DNA of 64,000 bases from Limisphaerales bacterium (GTDB taxonomy: Bacteria > Verrucomicrobiota > Verrucomicrobiia > Limisphaerales > UBA11358): the NCBI GenBank assembly GCA_037200545.1, contig JBBCGE010000003.1, forward strand, positions 6,750 through 70,749, read 5' to 3'. Positions 37,307-50,751 of this stretch are shown one piece after another. The notes beneath the pieces are model-generated. The model was given only the letters and a program-made list of their open reading frames with translations, had not been told where the DNA came from and made no database searches. The translations under genes and the position numbers were made by a program. Position 1 is the stretch's first letter. Every line of letters starts with the position of its first letter.

Positions 37307-40192
37307 CTAAGTTTTGGGCACCTTATCCGGTTCAGGAATCACGGGAGCGGCGTTGGTTTTAAAACTTCCCGCAGTGACAATGAACAGATGGTTCGGATCG
37401 ATATATTTTTTAAGGGCGGCATTGACCTGATCGGGAGTCAGAGCCTGAATGTTCTTATCCATTTCTGCTTCGAAAGCCGCAGTGCGGTCCAGGCTTCGCA
37501 AACGCGACAGCATTCCAGCCAGAGATTGGTCATCGGCACGACCGATTTTCCGCGCCTGCAAATAGCCATCGCGGGCTTTGTCCAGTTCCTCCTGCGTCAC
37601 GCCATCGCGAAGCAGCCGTTCGAGTTCTTCACGTGCCGCCACCTCGACACGGGGAACGTTTTTTGGATTGGAGATGGCCGAGATGTTAAGTATCGCCCGC
37701 TGATCCCACGAAGAGGCGCTCAAGCCGGAATTGACGCCGTAGGAAAGACCTTCTTTCTGCCGGATGCGGTCGCCGAGCCGTGATGATAGAGCGCCGCTGC
37801 CCAAGATATAATTGCCAATCACCAGCGAGGGATAGTCTGGCGAATCATCACGCAACGGGAAGACCAGTCCGGCAACATAAGTCGCATTCGCCTTGTCGGG
37901 CGTATTGATTTCATGTTGACCGCCTGCGAGTCCGGCAGGAACCGTATTGGTGATGCGGGCATAAGGTTCGGCGGCTTTCCAACCGGCGAAAGTGGCTTTG
38001 AGAATTGCCAGATTTGTCTGGCTGTCGAAATCGCCGATGATGGTCAGTTCACCGGATTGTGAGCCGAGATAATTTTTATAAAGATCAACAACCTGCTGGT
38101 AGGTGGCATCGTGCAGGCGTTCCAATGATTCATCGAGAGTAGGGATATAACGCACGTCGTCCTTGGGATGGGGGCTCAACTGGCGCTGAAGGAAGCGGGG
38201 TGCCAGGGCGTTCGGCTCGCTGCGCTGTTGTTCCAAGCCGGCGATCCTTTCGCGCTTGAGCAATTCAAACTGATCTTCCGGCAATGCGGGTTCCCGCAGC
38301 ACCTGCTCGAATATTTCCAGCACCGCCGGCAGCGTCTCACGCTTGGCCTGGATGGAGAAAGTCATATCACCCAAGGATCCGCCGCCGCCTCTTCCACCAC
38401 GACCACCACCGGCGCTAATAACGGCGTTAAGCTGGTCGAGTTCATCGCGTAATTGTTGGTAGGAAAGTTTTTTAGTGCCGCGCAACATGAGTTCGGGCAG
38501 CAGCCCGGTCGCCACGTCCATGCCCTTGAGGTTGTCTTCATTGCCGTAATGCAGGGTGAGCAACAGACGAACTTCCTCACCGCGCGATTTTTTGGGCAGC
38601 AATGTCACCTTGATGCCTTCGGGCAGCATCAAGCGTTTAACGCGCGCCTCGATATTTTCTGGCGTCGCATCGAAAGCTTCACCTTGCGCAATCAGCGCCC
38701 GGCCTTTGTAATCAGCGACCAGCTTTTCCAAATCGGGTGCAGCCGGAATGTCAACTTGTTCTGTTTTTTCAGAAGGAATGAAAAGTCCGACAGTGCGGTT
38801 CTCGCGATGAAGATAGCGGGCGGCCGCAGCCTGCACCGCCGCAGGCGTAACTTTCTCAATCCGATCACGATTTATAAAATAAAGCCGCCAGTCGCCTTGC
38901 GCGGTCCACTCGCTCAATGCAACCGCGATACGGCTGGTGTCGTTGGCGGCCAGCTCGCGTGCCTTGAGAATCTGCTGTTTGGCGCGGGCGACTTCCTCGG
39001 CAGAAACGCCGTTGGTACCGATGGATTCAACCGTGACAATGAGGGCGTCACGGACTTCCTCAAGTGAATTGTCGCTTGGCACTTCGGCGTCCACGGTGAA
39101 TAGTCCCGGATCATGTTCCGAGTCGGCATCGGCACCGGCGCTCGTGGCCTTTTTGGTTTCAACCAATGAGCGATAAAGACGTCCCGAAGGCTGCGTGCTT
39201 AAAATGCGTGCCAGCACCTCGAGGGCGGCGTTGTCTTCGTGTGAGCCAGATGGAATATGATAACCGGCCATGACAATTCCAACATCGCCAATTCGCCGCA
39301 GCACCACAGAACGTTCGCCATCCTGCGGAGGCTCCTCGGTATAGGTGGTATTAAGCTGCCGGGCAGGGCGGGGGATGCTGCCAAAGTATTTTTGGATCAG
39401 GTCCAATGCCTTCGCTTCCTCGAACTTGCCGGCAACAATAAGGATGACATTGTCGGGCTGGTAATATTTCCGGTAGAACGCCTTGAGATTTTCCACCGGC
39501 ACATGCTCGATGTCGCTGCGGTTGCCGATGGTGGGTTTGCCGTAATTATGCCAGTTGTAGGCGGCAGCAACGACGCGCTCTTGAAGAACTCTTTCGGGCG
39601 AATTTTCACCGCGTTCAAATTCATTGCGCACGACAGTCATTTCGGAATTCAGATCCTCGCCCTTGATGTAACTGTTGACGAGCCGGTCGCCTTCAAGATC
39701 AATGGCAAATTCGAGATTCTCGTCAGTCGCCGAAAGCGTCTCGAAATAATTAACCCGGTCGGTGGACGTGCTGCCGTTGAATTGAGCGCCATGTTCCTGC
39801 AATGCCTTGGGAATTTTCGGATGCCGGGGCGTGCCTTTAAAAACCATGTGTTCGAGCAGATGCGCCATGCCAGTTTCGCCATAGCCTTCCTGCCGCGAAC
39901 CAACCAGCACCGTCAAGTTCACGGTCACTTTGGATTGCGATGCATCAGGAAAGAGCAGCACGCGCAGGCCGTTCTCAAATTGATATTCCGTGATGCCCTC
40001 CACCGAGGCGATTTTACGCGGGCCTGAATCTGGGGCGGGCACGTTGGATAAAACTGTTGCCCCGGCTGCCGCACCCGTCGAAGAGATTGTGGGACTGGCA
40101 TTTTGTGCGGCAGCCCAAACTCCGCAAAGCATCAATGTTACCAGCGAAGAAATCCAAGGTGTGATGTTTAAAAGCGGACGTTTCAATTTCAT
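37307..40192 (-). CDS. tandem M16 (pitrilysin/insulinase) family zinc peptidase
   Basis: The ATG at 40192 starts MKLKRPLLNITPWISSLVTLMLCGVWAAAQ, a signal peptide. The inverted zinc motif is HLLEHMVFKGT. The second half repeats the M16 fold without the motif. Confidence 0.9.
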   Translation of the reverse strand: MKLKRPLLNITPWISSLVTLMLCGVWAAAQNASPTISSTGAAAGATVLSNVPAPDSGPRKIASVEGITEYQFENGLRVLLFPDASQSKVTVNLTVLVGSRQEGYGETGMAHLLEHMVFKGTPRHPKIPKALQEHGAQFNGSTSTDRVNYFETLSATDENLEFAIDLEGDRLVNSYIKGEDLNSEMTVVRNEFERGENSPERVLQERVVAAAYNWHNYGKPTIGNRSDIEHVPVENLKAFYRKYYQPDNVILIVAGKFEEAKALDLIQKYFGSIPRPARQLNTTYTEEPPQDGERSVVLRRIGDVGIVMAGYHIPSGSHEDNAALEVLARILSTQPSGRLYRSLVETKKATSAGADADSEHDPGLFTVDAEVPSDNSLEEVRDALIVTVESIGTNGVSAEEVARAKQQILKARELAANDTSRIAVALSEWTAQGDWRLYFINRDRIEKVTPAAVQAAAARYLHRENRTVGLFIPSEKTEQVDIPAAPDLEKLVADYKGRALIAQGEAFDATPENIEARVKRLMLPEGIKVTLLPKKSRGEEVRLLLTLHYGNEDNLKGMDVATGLLPELMLRGTKKLSYQQLRDELDQLNAVISAGGGRGGRGGGGSLGDMTFSIQAKRETLPAVLEIFEQVLREPALPEDQFELLKRERIAGLEQQRSEPNALAPRFLQRQLSPHPKDDVRYIPTLDESLERLHDATYQQVVDLYKNYLGSQSGELTIIGDFDSQTNLAILKATFAGWKAAEPYARITNTVPAGLAGGQHEINTPDKANATYVAGLVFPLRDDSPDYPSLVIGNYILGSGALSSRLGDRIRQKEGLSYGVNSGLSASSWDQRAILNISAISNPKNVPRVEVAAREELERLLRDGVTQEELDKARDGYLQARKIGRADDQSLAGMLSRLRSLDRTAAFEAEMDKNIQALTPDQVNAALKKYIDPNHLFIVTAGSFKTNAAPVIPEPDKVPKT

Positions 40193-40261
40193 TTGATTGA
40201 TCAGGTTAAGTTGAGCGGCTGCCGCCAGTCTGCCAGTTTCAAATTTAAAAGCATTCAAGCA

Positions 40262-40293
40262 TTAAAAAGGCGACCGGGTTCAACCCGGTCGCC
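40262..40293 (-). terminator. Rho-independent terminator after the LamG gene
   Basis: The 10-bp GC-rich stem is ggcgaccggg (40269-40278) paired with cccggtcgcc (40284-40293), with a 5-nt loop. On the minus strand it is followed by TTTTT (plus-strand aaaaa, 40264-40268). Confidence 0.8.
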
Positions 40294-40330
40294 TAGTCAT
40301 CAGTTATTTCGTGGTGTCATGAATCAAGGA

Positions 40331-43300
40331 CTATGGTCCGACACCGTAGAAGGTGTTCGTCGCACTCGGAGTCAGTTGATAGAACGGCGCGGTAGCCCCC
40401 GGCACCGGGGTCCACGGACCGGTGACGCTGCCCGATTGTTTGAGCGTGCCACTGTTAACCGGCCATGCGATGCCAACCTTGCCGCCTCCCACCGGGGTGA
40501 TCACAACATTGACCGGACCAAACGTGTCAAACGACTTGCCATAGTTCTGGCCGGCGAAGAAAACGCTCTCCGCTTCGATGTCCGTCAATTCCCGGTTCCA
40601 CATCCCGATATCATCGAGGATGAATCCGCCGGATTCCGCATACACACCGTCAGAACCCTGACCGATGTTGAATGGACCACCAGAATCAATGCTGCCGATG
40701 CCGCTGATGGGCGAGGCGCTCACAAACACGCCGTCAAGATACGTCTTGCCGGAACCGGTGCGATTGAAGGTCTCAACCACGTTATGCCAGTTGCCATCAT
40801 TGATCGAATTGTCGGGGCCATACAGACCTGCGCCCGTACCAGCGGAATTGTCAAGCGACCAGGACCAGCCGCCGCGTTGATAAGACGGGGCGATCGTTAT
40901 GCCAAACCCACCGTAGGAAGTGGCCGAACTTGAAAAGAAGGGCAGGTCGCCTTGCGCATAACCCACTGGCAGCTTCACCCAATAAGAGAAGGAAAAGTTG
41001 CCGCCCGATCCAAACTGGAAGTCAGCCGGATTTCCAAACGCCAGGTAGTTGTATATGCTGTTGGTCGTATCCGTGGAAACACTCACCGCTTGATTGCCGA
41101 TTTTGCCAGTGACAAGGGAAGGTGATCCGACCGGCGTGCCGTTGTTACCGTGGCCGGACGTATCGTTGTAGTTGCCTTCAAATGTCAGGTGCAATATGAG
41201 GCCATTTGTCAGGTTGGCATAGGCCGGCGGCGGATAGACGCTGATCACTGCATTAGTGCTCAGAGCGAACCCATATGCGTTTGTGGCCGCAACGGAATAA
41301 GTATCATTGTAGGCCGCATATGAAACATTGCTTACCACCAAGGTGGAATTAGTCTGGCCAACCAGATTAACGCCGTTTTTCTTCCACTGGAGTGTGATGG
41401 TGGGAGCGCCTACTGAGGAAGCAGAAAAGACGACGGTCTGACCCGCAAACGCATTCTGCGAAAACGGTTGCGTGACAAGAGTGGGCGGTGAAGTGCCGAA
41501 TGCAGCCGTGTAATGTGCCAGAATCTGGGCGGCCGTCAGGCTCTTGCTGCCGTAGAATGCCACTTCATCCACTGATCCGACAAAATAACGCGTCAAGACG
41601 CTGGCCACGCCGCTGCCAAGGCCGCCGATGATGAACGGCTTGCTGGCATTTAGCGACGTACCACCGTTACCCCAGATGAAACCATCGGTCAGTCCGTTGA
41701 CATACATCTGATAAGGGTAAGTAGGGTTGCCGGTGTTACCATACAAAAGAACCAGATGCGCCCATTGGCCTCCTTGAATGGTTGGATTGTAGTTCGTATT
41801 GTTTGGTGCGGCACCGCCGCCGGGAGCCGATCCAAATGTGCCCCCGCCATTCTCGCCAATCCAGTAAGAACCGGTTCCTAGGCCAAAGCCAGCCGCGCCG
41901 CCCACTGTATCCCAAGAGGAGGCCATTGTTGTATTATTAACCACAGTGGTTTGCTTGGCCCATAATTCAAAGGTAAATGTTGAACTGCTCAAAGTGGAGA
42001 AATAAGGAATGTATCCATAGCTTCCATCGCCATTAAATGTTGCCGCCGTGCCGGCGATGCCGCCAATAATGGCTCCGGGAGTCAAAACAGTGAGACCGCC
42101 ATTGTTGGTATAAACACCGTTATGATGATTCATGGCATCGCTTAAGAGCGCTCCATTGGTGGCCACCGTATCATCCAAACGCCACCATGCGTCCGGTGCA
42201 TTGGAATCCACCAATTGGGCATAAGAGCCTGCCACGAGGAATGGCACCGTGATCACGGCCGGGCCCAAGTTGGTTGCACCCAAGGAATTGGTCACACTGA
42301 CAGTGTAAGATCCGGAGTTATTAGTGGTGACGCTGGCAATGACATAAGAAGAACTGGTCGCACCGGGAATGGATACCCCGTTTGTTTTCCACTGATACTT
42401 AAGGCCGCCACCCGTGGCGACAACTTTCAAGTTCAAAGTCCCGCCAGGATAGATGGTGGCTCCAACCGGTCCGGAGATAATCACCGGAGCAGTAGCGAGC
42501 TGGCCGGTAACGACCGCCACGCCGCTCGTGGCCGAGCCGAAATTATTGGTGACGATCACAAAATAGTTTCCCGAATCACCAGCGATGCTGAAATTTGGCT
42601 TGGAATAAACACCGGCATTGGCCCCGGGAATGGCAACACTGTTCGAGAACCATTGATAGCTCAGGTCTGGTGTGCCGCCCGCATTCACGGTAAGTGTCAA
42701 CGTATCGCCGACTACGATAGGCTGATCCGGGCTGGCGGGACCGGAGAAAACAATCGGCGCAAGACCGCCCACGGCCGAAGCGTATTGACTGTAAAGCTCG
42801 CCTGAACTCAGGGAACGGTTCCAAATCGCCACTTCGTCAATGGCGCCATTGAAACTGAAATCAGGATCACCCGCGTCAGTACCGACCAGGGTGGGGCCAG
42901 CAAATGCCTGGTTGACGTGAACCACAAAGTTGGTGGCGCTCTGGAAACTGGCACCGTTGTTGGTGGTGGCGATGTAAATATCCGCCTCATTAGGCTGAAC
43001 TACCAATGCCACATAAGCCCAATCCGAATCTGGAAGCGTTGCCAGACCATAGAGCGTTGTCGGGCTCCAATTATATGTATTCGCCGTGTTGTTCCAATAA
43101 TAACCAATTCCAAGACCGCCATGTGCACCGTCAATGATCAGGCCGGCACCGGTGGTGCCAGAATCACATACTACTAGTCCTGCACCGGGATTCTGCAGGT
43201 TGGTTGCGTTGACCCATCCGGAAATGGTGACGGTATTGGTGTTAAAGTTGAACGGAGGCAACCGTACTGCACCGCCTTGCGCGACGAAGGCGGCTGATTT

Positions 43301-44276
43301 GTTCACTGCGGAGAAACCCGGATAAGTGGGAGATTGCGGACCAGGCGAACCGGCGATGGCGGGCGCGAGGTAAATTCCGTCGCCTGCACTGCCCAACGTG
43401 CCCAAGTTCGGTGCTGGCGGAGTAGGCGGCGCTTGATAACGGTCATAAAGTACCGGAGAACTTGCCAACACGGTTGAAGCATAAGTGGCCGGTGCTGTGG
43501 TGGCTGCCGCATAGTGGGCAGCTATGGTGCCAGCGGAAAGAGCGGTGGGATACAAGGCAGGCTCGGCTACGTTGCCGGGCCAGGGGAAATTAAGCGAACT
43601 GCGGATGCCAACTGTGAACGGCGCATCCGTAGTCGGCACATAAGTGGATTCCAGATGCATCATTGGTGCTTTGGCAAAACACACCATTGGTATAAATCTT
43701 GAGGCTTGTGCCGTCAAAAGTTACGGCAAGATATGTCCAGCCGGGAGTGACCGGTGCCGCCACGGTGAACAAAGGGTTGGCCGCATTTTGATTGAACGTA
43801 CGGAATACCCAGGCCGAGCCTAAAGCAAAGGTGCTTCCGTCGTCTTGAGCAAAATACCACCCGGAACGGGGGGAATTAAGCTGGGCGGAGGAAGACATGT
43901 AGGCAAACTTGGGAATTGTTGCCGGATTGACCCAGATTTCATAGGTGAACGTAGCTGTATTAAGCCCGGCTGTAACCGGGGTATTGATGTATTGCGACGT
44001 GCCATCCAGACCAATCGAGACACTGCCCGAAAACGGCCCCGGCGCATTGAGAGTGGGCAAAGCAACAAAGGTTCCATTGGCGGCGGCACCGAGCGAGCCG
44101 GAGTTGGTCGCCCCGCCATTGGGCTGCGGTGACAAGGTTCCATCCAACCGATAAAAACCGGACGGATTCTGCGACAGCACAGTGGACTGATAGTCTGCGC
44201 GTGCTGTCAATGTGGCGGACAGGGCCAGCAGCAAAGTGCTGCCGAGCCGGACGACGTTTTTATGGATTGGTTTCAT
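40331..44276 (-). CDS. secreted LamG (concanavalin A-like lectin) / Ig-like multidomain protein, about 1,314 aa, one frame break
   Basis: The signal peptide is MKPIHKNVVRLGSTLLLALSATLTARA. Several Laminin_G_3-like units end with IDEVAIW / VDEVAFY / LDDIGMW motifs, and Ig-like repeats are present (YQWFSN.., YQWKTNG.., LQWKKNG..). The fragments 43590..44276 and 40331..43717 join as ..GTSLKIYTNGV|LAKAPMMHLESTYVP.. at the run 43676-43679. Confidence 0.8.
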
Positions 44277-44415
44277 ATCGGGTCTGTTTCTTTGTTACTT
44301 TTCTTAGTTTTTAGGTTGCACTATATTGTCTGTAAATTAACCGGTTTGACCGGCCGACGGTTCAGAATGAAGATTTTGTATCGCGTTGATGGCATTAAAA
44401 CATTAAGCGGTGTTA

Positions 44416-45360
44416 TTATTTGGCGCGCGTTGAATGGTCTTGGATCCAATAAACGTCGTCGTTATTTTGCCCGTACGAACTAGTGTCGATGCCCTCAGAA
44501 GTAAAAGTTTTTCCGGGAGGTAAAAGATTCGGCGTGGTCTTACCATTCAACCATTTGTGAATCTCGGAATGGCCATCGGAAAATGAAAAACCAGCCGCCC
44601 GATTATGATACATGCCGGGCATGTCGCCCAAAGTCCATTGAGCCTTGCTATAAGGATCATAGCCGGTCATGTCCTGCATGAAATTGCTCCAGTTGACCGA
44701 GTCTTCACGCATGTCTAAAAACACAAACATGCTGGACGGGGAAACAACACTTGAAAGCTTTGAAAATATCCGGTATTTATCAGCAAAGGCCCAGCCACCG
44801 GCCCAGCCTAAAACAGTCCCACTGTTCGGTTGCGGAGCGAAACCACCCATATACAAGTTCATGGACATGGTTAAAATACGAGGGACGGGATTATTAGCTA
44901 AATTCGAAACCATGGAGGTGTCGGAAGGGCATTTGTAAAGTTTTTGAGACTTGGTATAAGCCCACAATGGTCTCTTTTGCATGTCATATGTCACATCGTA
45001 ATTGGCTAGATTCCCGCTGCTATAATCCATGTGAGCACCAGACCAGGCAAAGTCGTCTGGTTTATTTCCTCCTACTGACACAGGAACACTTCCGCCCGAA
45101 CGCCCGCCACCGCCAAGAGTGCTCGCATAAACCAAGGTGTCATTATTATCCTCCGCATACATGCGCCACGCCAAGGCGAGCTGTTTGTGCTGGTTCATGC
45201 ACACTATGCCCTGTGCTTTTTGTTTGGCTTTAGTGAGGGCCGGGAGAAGCATTGCCGCCAAAATCGCAATGATGGCAATAACCACCAACAATTCAATCAG
45301 AGTAAAGCCTGACATTGTGGTTTTAGTCTGATAAATTATCCTTGATTCATTTCGCAACAT
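44416..45360 (-). CDS. prepilin-type N-terminal cleavage/methylation domain protein (DUF1559-like)
   Basis: [25 protein letters not shown] is the class III signal, and the C-terminus has a FSFSDGHSE motif. The start is uncertain: ATG at 45393, 45360 or 45315. Confidence 0.8.
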   Translation of the reverse strand: MLRNESRIIYQTKTTMSGFTLIELLVVIAIIAILAAMLLPALTKAKQKAQGIVCMNQHKQLALAWRMYAEDNNDTLVYASTLGGGGRSGGSVPVSVGGNKPDDFAWSGAHMDYSSGNLANYDVTYDMQKRPLWAYTKSQKLYKCPSDTSMVSNLANNPVPRILTMSMNLYMGGFAPQPNSGTVLGWAGGWAFADKYRIFSKLSSVVSPSSMFVFLDMREDSVNWSNFMQDMTGYDPYSKAQWTLGDMPGMYHNRAAGFSFSDGHSEIHKWLNGKTTPNLLPPGKTFTSEGIDTSSYGQNNDDVYWIQDHSTRAK

Positions 45361-45917
45361 GTTTTCACCCGCCTTGTTTTTTTTCATATGCATAATTTAA
45401 AATTAACAATCACACCTTGGTTCGGTGTAACACTGCTGTAACGCTCCTTTAACGAGATTGTTTTTAACACAGATGCGCATCGCTGTCCACAAATTTTTAA
45501 AAATGGACAAACCCAATACAGTCATTGATTGACCCCTTTGAGATGAAAATCAAGTTCGTTTTTATTACCGGGATCAGAATTGCTGGCGAGGGCTCTGTCA
45601 ACTTCATAACAAATGGCTGATATAAAACAGGATGTAGTAGAGCTTTTCGTGGGTGAATTGCAAAAATTGTCGTTTTAAAATTCAGTTGCGGGCGATGCAA
45701 CACCGGACGTTCTAAAGAAAAATTAGTTTATTTTTTGCCGACATATACCGACATACTTTGAATGCAGCGCGAAAATTCTTGTCGCGTTCAAAACTCTTTT
45801 GGGGAAGGAGCAATTTCAAATGACGATTGAACATTTATCTTGAAGAAAATTGGAAAGCCGAATTGACATGCCCGCTGCCATTCCGCTAGCTTCTTCCGGC
45901 AAAGAACCCGCGCTTTG

Positions 45918-45946
45918 CCCCGGATAAGCATCCGGGGATTTTTGTT
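45918..45946 (+). terminator. terminator-like hairpin in the purA upstream region
   Basis: The stem is ccccgga (45918-45924) paired with tccgggg (45931-45937), with a 6-nt loop, followed by atttttgtt. It lies ~75 nt after a 7-codon mini-ORF (45820-45843) that has a GGAAGGAG Shine-Dalgarno. Confidence 0.5.
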
Positions 45947-45984
45947 GCCGCTGTGCGGCTTGGCGGGCGAAGACAAATCCGTGA

Positions 45985-47340
<1,356 letters not shown>

Positions 47341-47427
47341 GCGTTACATCGTTGTAATTGTTAAATCATCGCATTGTGGCCATCGTGCTTTGGCCGATGC
47401 AACGATTCACGATTCATAGTTCAACAA

Positions 47428-48165
47428 ATGAGTGTAGCCACAAACCAATTAAGTTCTGAAGCCGCTGCCAATCTTCCGCGCCACGTCGCGGTGATCATGG
47501 ACGGCAACGGGCGCTGGGCGAAGTCACGGCACTTGCCGCGCATCGAGGGCCACCGGCGTGGTGCGGATTCGGCGCGGGAAATCATCCGCACGGCGGGCGA
47601 ACTCGGCATCAAGTATCTTACGCTTTACGCCTTTTCCGCCGAGAATTGGAATCGTCCCAAGGATGAAGTGGACGCATTGATGAAGTATCTCGTCCATTAT
47701 CTCAAAACCGAAACAAAGGATTTGAATAAAAACAATGTCCGGCTCGAAGTTATTGGCCAGATTCACCGCCTGCCCGACAACGTGCAGGAACATCTTGCAA
47801 AATCCATTGCCACGCTTTCTAAGAATAACGGCCTGACGCTCGTCATGGCGTTAAGCTATGGGAGCCGGATTGAGATTGTGGAAGCGGTGCGCGTGATTGC
47901 GGAGAAAGTGAAGCAGTGCCGACTTGATCCGGCTGACATCACGGAGAAGGTAATTTCCGATCATCTCTGGACGCGGAATGTGCCCGACCCTGATCTGCTC
48001 ATCCGCACCAGCGGCGAGATGCGGGTGAGTAATTTCCTGTTGTGGCAAATTTCCTATGCGGAACTGGTCGTCACGTCCACGCTCTGGCCTGATTTCAAGC
48101 GGCCGCAATTCTGTGCTGCACTGGAGGAATATGCCAAGCGTCACCGGCGATTTGGTGGAGTTTGA
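47428..48165 (+). CDS. uppS: undecaprenyl diphosphate synthase (isoprenyl transferase)
   Basis: HVAVIMDGNGRWAK, LTLYAFSAENWNRP and RTSGEMRVSNFLLWQ are present. I prefer the ATG at 47428. Confidence 0.95.
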   Translation: MSVATNQLSSEAAANLPRHVAVIMDGNGRWAKSRHLPRIEGHRRGADSAREIIRTAGELGIKYLTLYAFSAENWNRPKDEVDALMKYLVHYLKTETKDLNKNNVRLEVIGQIHRLPDNVQEHLAKSIATLSKNNGLTLVMALSYGSRIEIVEAVRVIAEKVKQCRLDPADITEKVISDHLWTRNVPDPDLLIRTSGEMRVSNFLLWQISYAELVVTSTLWPDFKRPQFCAALEEYAKRHRRFGGV

Positions 48166-48190
48166 AGTCCAGTTGAATAGTTTTGTATTC

Positions 48191-50674
48191 TCAATTGCCG
48201 GCTGGCTTTTCTATCCTTAGTGGTTTCCCGCTGTCTTTGTTCAATCGAATGCGTTCAATCAATTCTTGCATTCGTCTTGCTTGATCAGGTTCGTCATTTT
48301 GCGATGCAACATCCCGAGCGTTTTCGGCCAGGGCCAAGGCCTTCTCAGTTTGCCGGGCATTGGCAAAGGCCACGATCAAAGTGTCCACCATGTCGGCTTT
48401 TCCGTAGCCAGTCAGTTGACAGGCGCGCTCGGCGAGTTTTACCGCGTATTCGGCTTCGTCTTTGGGACCGACGGCAAAGATCTTGGCAAGGGTGAAAAGT
48501 GAGTCTGGTGAATCCGGGCAGATGGCCAAAGCTTCGAGGTATTGCTGAAGGGCTTCTGCTTGCTTGTCCTGCCCTTGGAACGCTTCGGCCATAATGCACC
48601 GGCTGACAAAATCATCGGGCTTGAGCCGCAATGCCTCGGTAATGTTTGTAATAGTTTCCGGGAAATCCTGTTGCTTGAGCTGGACAAAGGCCCGGGCCCG
48701 CCAGGTTTCAAAATTATTCGGGCGTATCCAGTAGGTTGTATAAGCCGTGAATGACCAAATGATGACAACCAGCCAGAGGAAGTTTCGCAAAAGCCGGTTT
48801 TTCTTCGCCAGCCAATTCCAGCCCGTTGCGACCATGGCACAGAATGGCACCAAAGCCGGGAAGGCATAGAAAGCCTTCACTTCAGCCGCCCACGGGGCCA
48901 GCAACGTCAGACACACAATCGCCATGAGATAACTGAATATGAGCGCCGGCATCACGAACCATTCTAATTTCAGCAGATGTCGGAATTTCTGAAGTGAAAT
49001 CACCATGCCGCCAACGGCCAGGATTGTGATGGCCAGACTGAAAAAATAACAGGCGTTCATCAAGTCGTAGTTCCAAGGTGGACGGAAAGTGATTTTGGAT
49101 GCGCCGCTGATCAAGCCATCACCCCAAAGCGTTGAATAAATGCCGTCAGCAAAGCTGTAAAGCCCGCTGAACAGGGGAGAGACCAGGACATGGCCAAAAT
49201 TTAAATAATAACTTGCCGTTCGAAAACCCGGCTCCTGCCACCAACTGGTGCTTTGACTGTTTGGCACGGCAATCACTCCGGTTTGCTGCCAGACCCGCCC
49301 ATAATGCCAGCCGCAAACGACTGCAAATATTAACGCCACCAATCCCACCCCTCGCAACCAGTAAAGCGCGGATTTTTTTTGAAGCAAAATCATGCGCCAG
49401 ATCAAGGCGAGAAAAAAAACCGGCACGGCGGGCATGGCGGTCAGCTTCGTAAGCATGGCGGCACCGAGCGTCAGGCCGATGCCGGCATAGTACCAGATGT
49501 TTTCCGTTTCCGACTGGAGCACGCGCAAAAGAAAATAGAACGCCGTCGTCACCAGCAAACCTGTCAGCGGATCATTGGTTATACCCATGAACAGATACAA
49601 ATGCGGCGGTAAAAAAGCGGCCAATAACAACCCGACGACTTGTGCGGACGGATTTTCCGGAAAGAGCCGGCGCAGGCAGACCAACGCCATCCAACAGTTG
49701 ATAAATCCGAGAATGCCATTGATTGCGCGCAAAGGAATCACGGCATTTTCCTGACCAACAGAAAATCCGGTGAGATTCATGACCATTGCAGAACCGAAAT
49801 AATAAAGCGGCGGTTGATGCGTCTCCCAACCGGAATCAGAAGGTGGCAGCGCTTGTTTCTCCTGGATGAATTTTATGTAGTCTTCATGACCTTTGGTATC
49901 GAAGCCTGTCCAATGTGAAAGGCCGCTCATATCGTTGATGAACAGCGCCGTCCGGGCAACAACGACCAAGATAAAAATAAAACAGACCGGTTTTATCTCG
50001 GGCCGGGCCGACAGCCAGCGGCCCCCCAGAAAAACCAATCCGAAAGCGGAGGCGAGGAAAAAAACCAGTTCTTGCCAGACATTTCGCAAGGAATCAAAGA
50101 CGTTGTGATTGTCATACAACGGACTCCAACCCGGAAGCGTGAGCGGTTGCGAAGCGATGCGGGCATTTTGCCAGGCCGCACCCGCGAGCGATACTTGCCA
50201 AGTTGCATCACTGCCAATGGACAAGGTATCGGTCTGCAATCGCAACCAAAGTGTCGGCGGTCCGGTTTGGTTGGTCACGCAAACCGTGATGGTATTGGTT
50301 CCTGCTTGCAATTCTCCCGCGATGCTGGCTGTGGCGGGCGTCTTCCAGTTTTTGCCATCGCATTTCAGCCCGGCGATGTGTTGTCCATTGATGAAAACAG
50401 TTGCCGTTTTGAACGCACGGACAGCCAGTGTTGCGTTAGCAGGCAGTTTGTCCAATGTGAAGGAGTATACGAAGACAGCTTTGACGGGCCGGCTTAAGCG
50501 TACACCGTTTTCCGGTGGAACCGGATCCATAATCCATTCAGCCCCTGCCTTGGCCGGCAGGAATGCCAGTGAATCACTCCGCTCGCAAAGCCACCAACCT
50601 CCGCCAGCTGCCGTCAATAATACGGCCAGAAGGGCAGCTATGATGAGTCGAGACCGGAAACAAAAGGATTGCAT
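48191..50674 (-). CDS. GT-C type (ArnT/PMT_2-like) membrane glycosyltransferase with N-terminal beta-sandwich and C-terminal TPR repeats
   Basis: 827 aa. An N-terminal anchor is followed by a ~200-aa soluble region, then about 12 TM helices in a pattern typical of dolichyl/undecaprenyl-phosphate-sugar transferases. C-terminal TPR-like helices are present (AFVQLKQQDFPETITNITEALRLKPDD...). The family call is from pattern only. Confidence 0.65.
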   Translation of the reverse strand: MQSFCFRSRLIIAALLAVLLTAAGGGWWLCERSDSLAFLPAKAGAEWIMDPVPPENGVRLSRPVKAVFVYSFTLDKLPANATLAVRAFKTATVFINGQHIAGLKCDGKNWKTPATASIAGELQAGTNTITVCVTNQTGPPTLWLRLQTDTLSIGSDATWQVSLAGAAWQNARIASQPLTLPGWSPLYDNHNVFDSLRNVWQELVFFLASAFGLVFLGGRWLSARPEIKPVCFIFILVVVARTALFINDMSGLSHWTGFDTKGHEDYIKFIQEKQALPPSDSGWETHQPPLYYFGSAMVMNLTGFSVGQENAVIPLRAINGILGFINCWMALVCLRRLFPENPSAQVVGLLLAAFLPPHLYLFMGITNDPLTGLLVTTAFYFLLRVLQSETENIWYYAGIGLTLGAAMLTKLTAMPAVPVFFLALIWRMILLQKKSALYWLRGVGLVALIFAVVCGWHYGRVWQQTGVIAVPNSQSTSWWQEPGFRTASYYLNFGHVLVSPLFSGLYSFADGIYSTLWGDGLISGASKITFRPPWNYDLMNACYFFSLAITILAVGGMVISLQKFRHLLKLEWFVMPALIFSYLMAIVCLTLLAPWAAEVKAFYAFPALVPFCAMVATGWNWLAKKNRLLRNFLWLVVIIWSFTAYTTYWIRPNNFETWRARAFVQLKQQDFPETITNITEALRLKPDDFVSRCIMAEAFQGQDKQAEALQQYLEALAICPDSPDSLFTLAKIFAVGPKDEAEYAVKLAERACQLTGYGKADMVDTLIVAFANARQTEKALALAENARDVASQNDEPDQARRMQELIERIRLNKDSGKPLRIEKPAGN

Positions 50675-50751
50675 TCTTTTCCTCGTGATAGTGCCTTGCG
50701 CCTTGGTTAAAGGAAAGATACGAATCAGCGGAAACGCTACACTGGCCGAAG

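Noticed and set aside
40193-40933. A 246-aa plus-strand ORF lies here.
   Set aside because: It is antisense to the 3' end of the LamG gene and crosses that gene's terminator. Its composition is typical of a shadow ORF.
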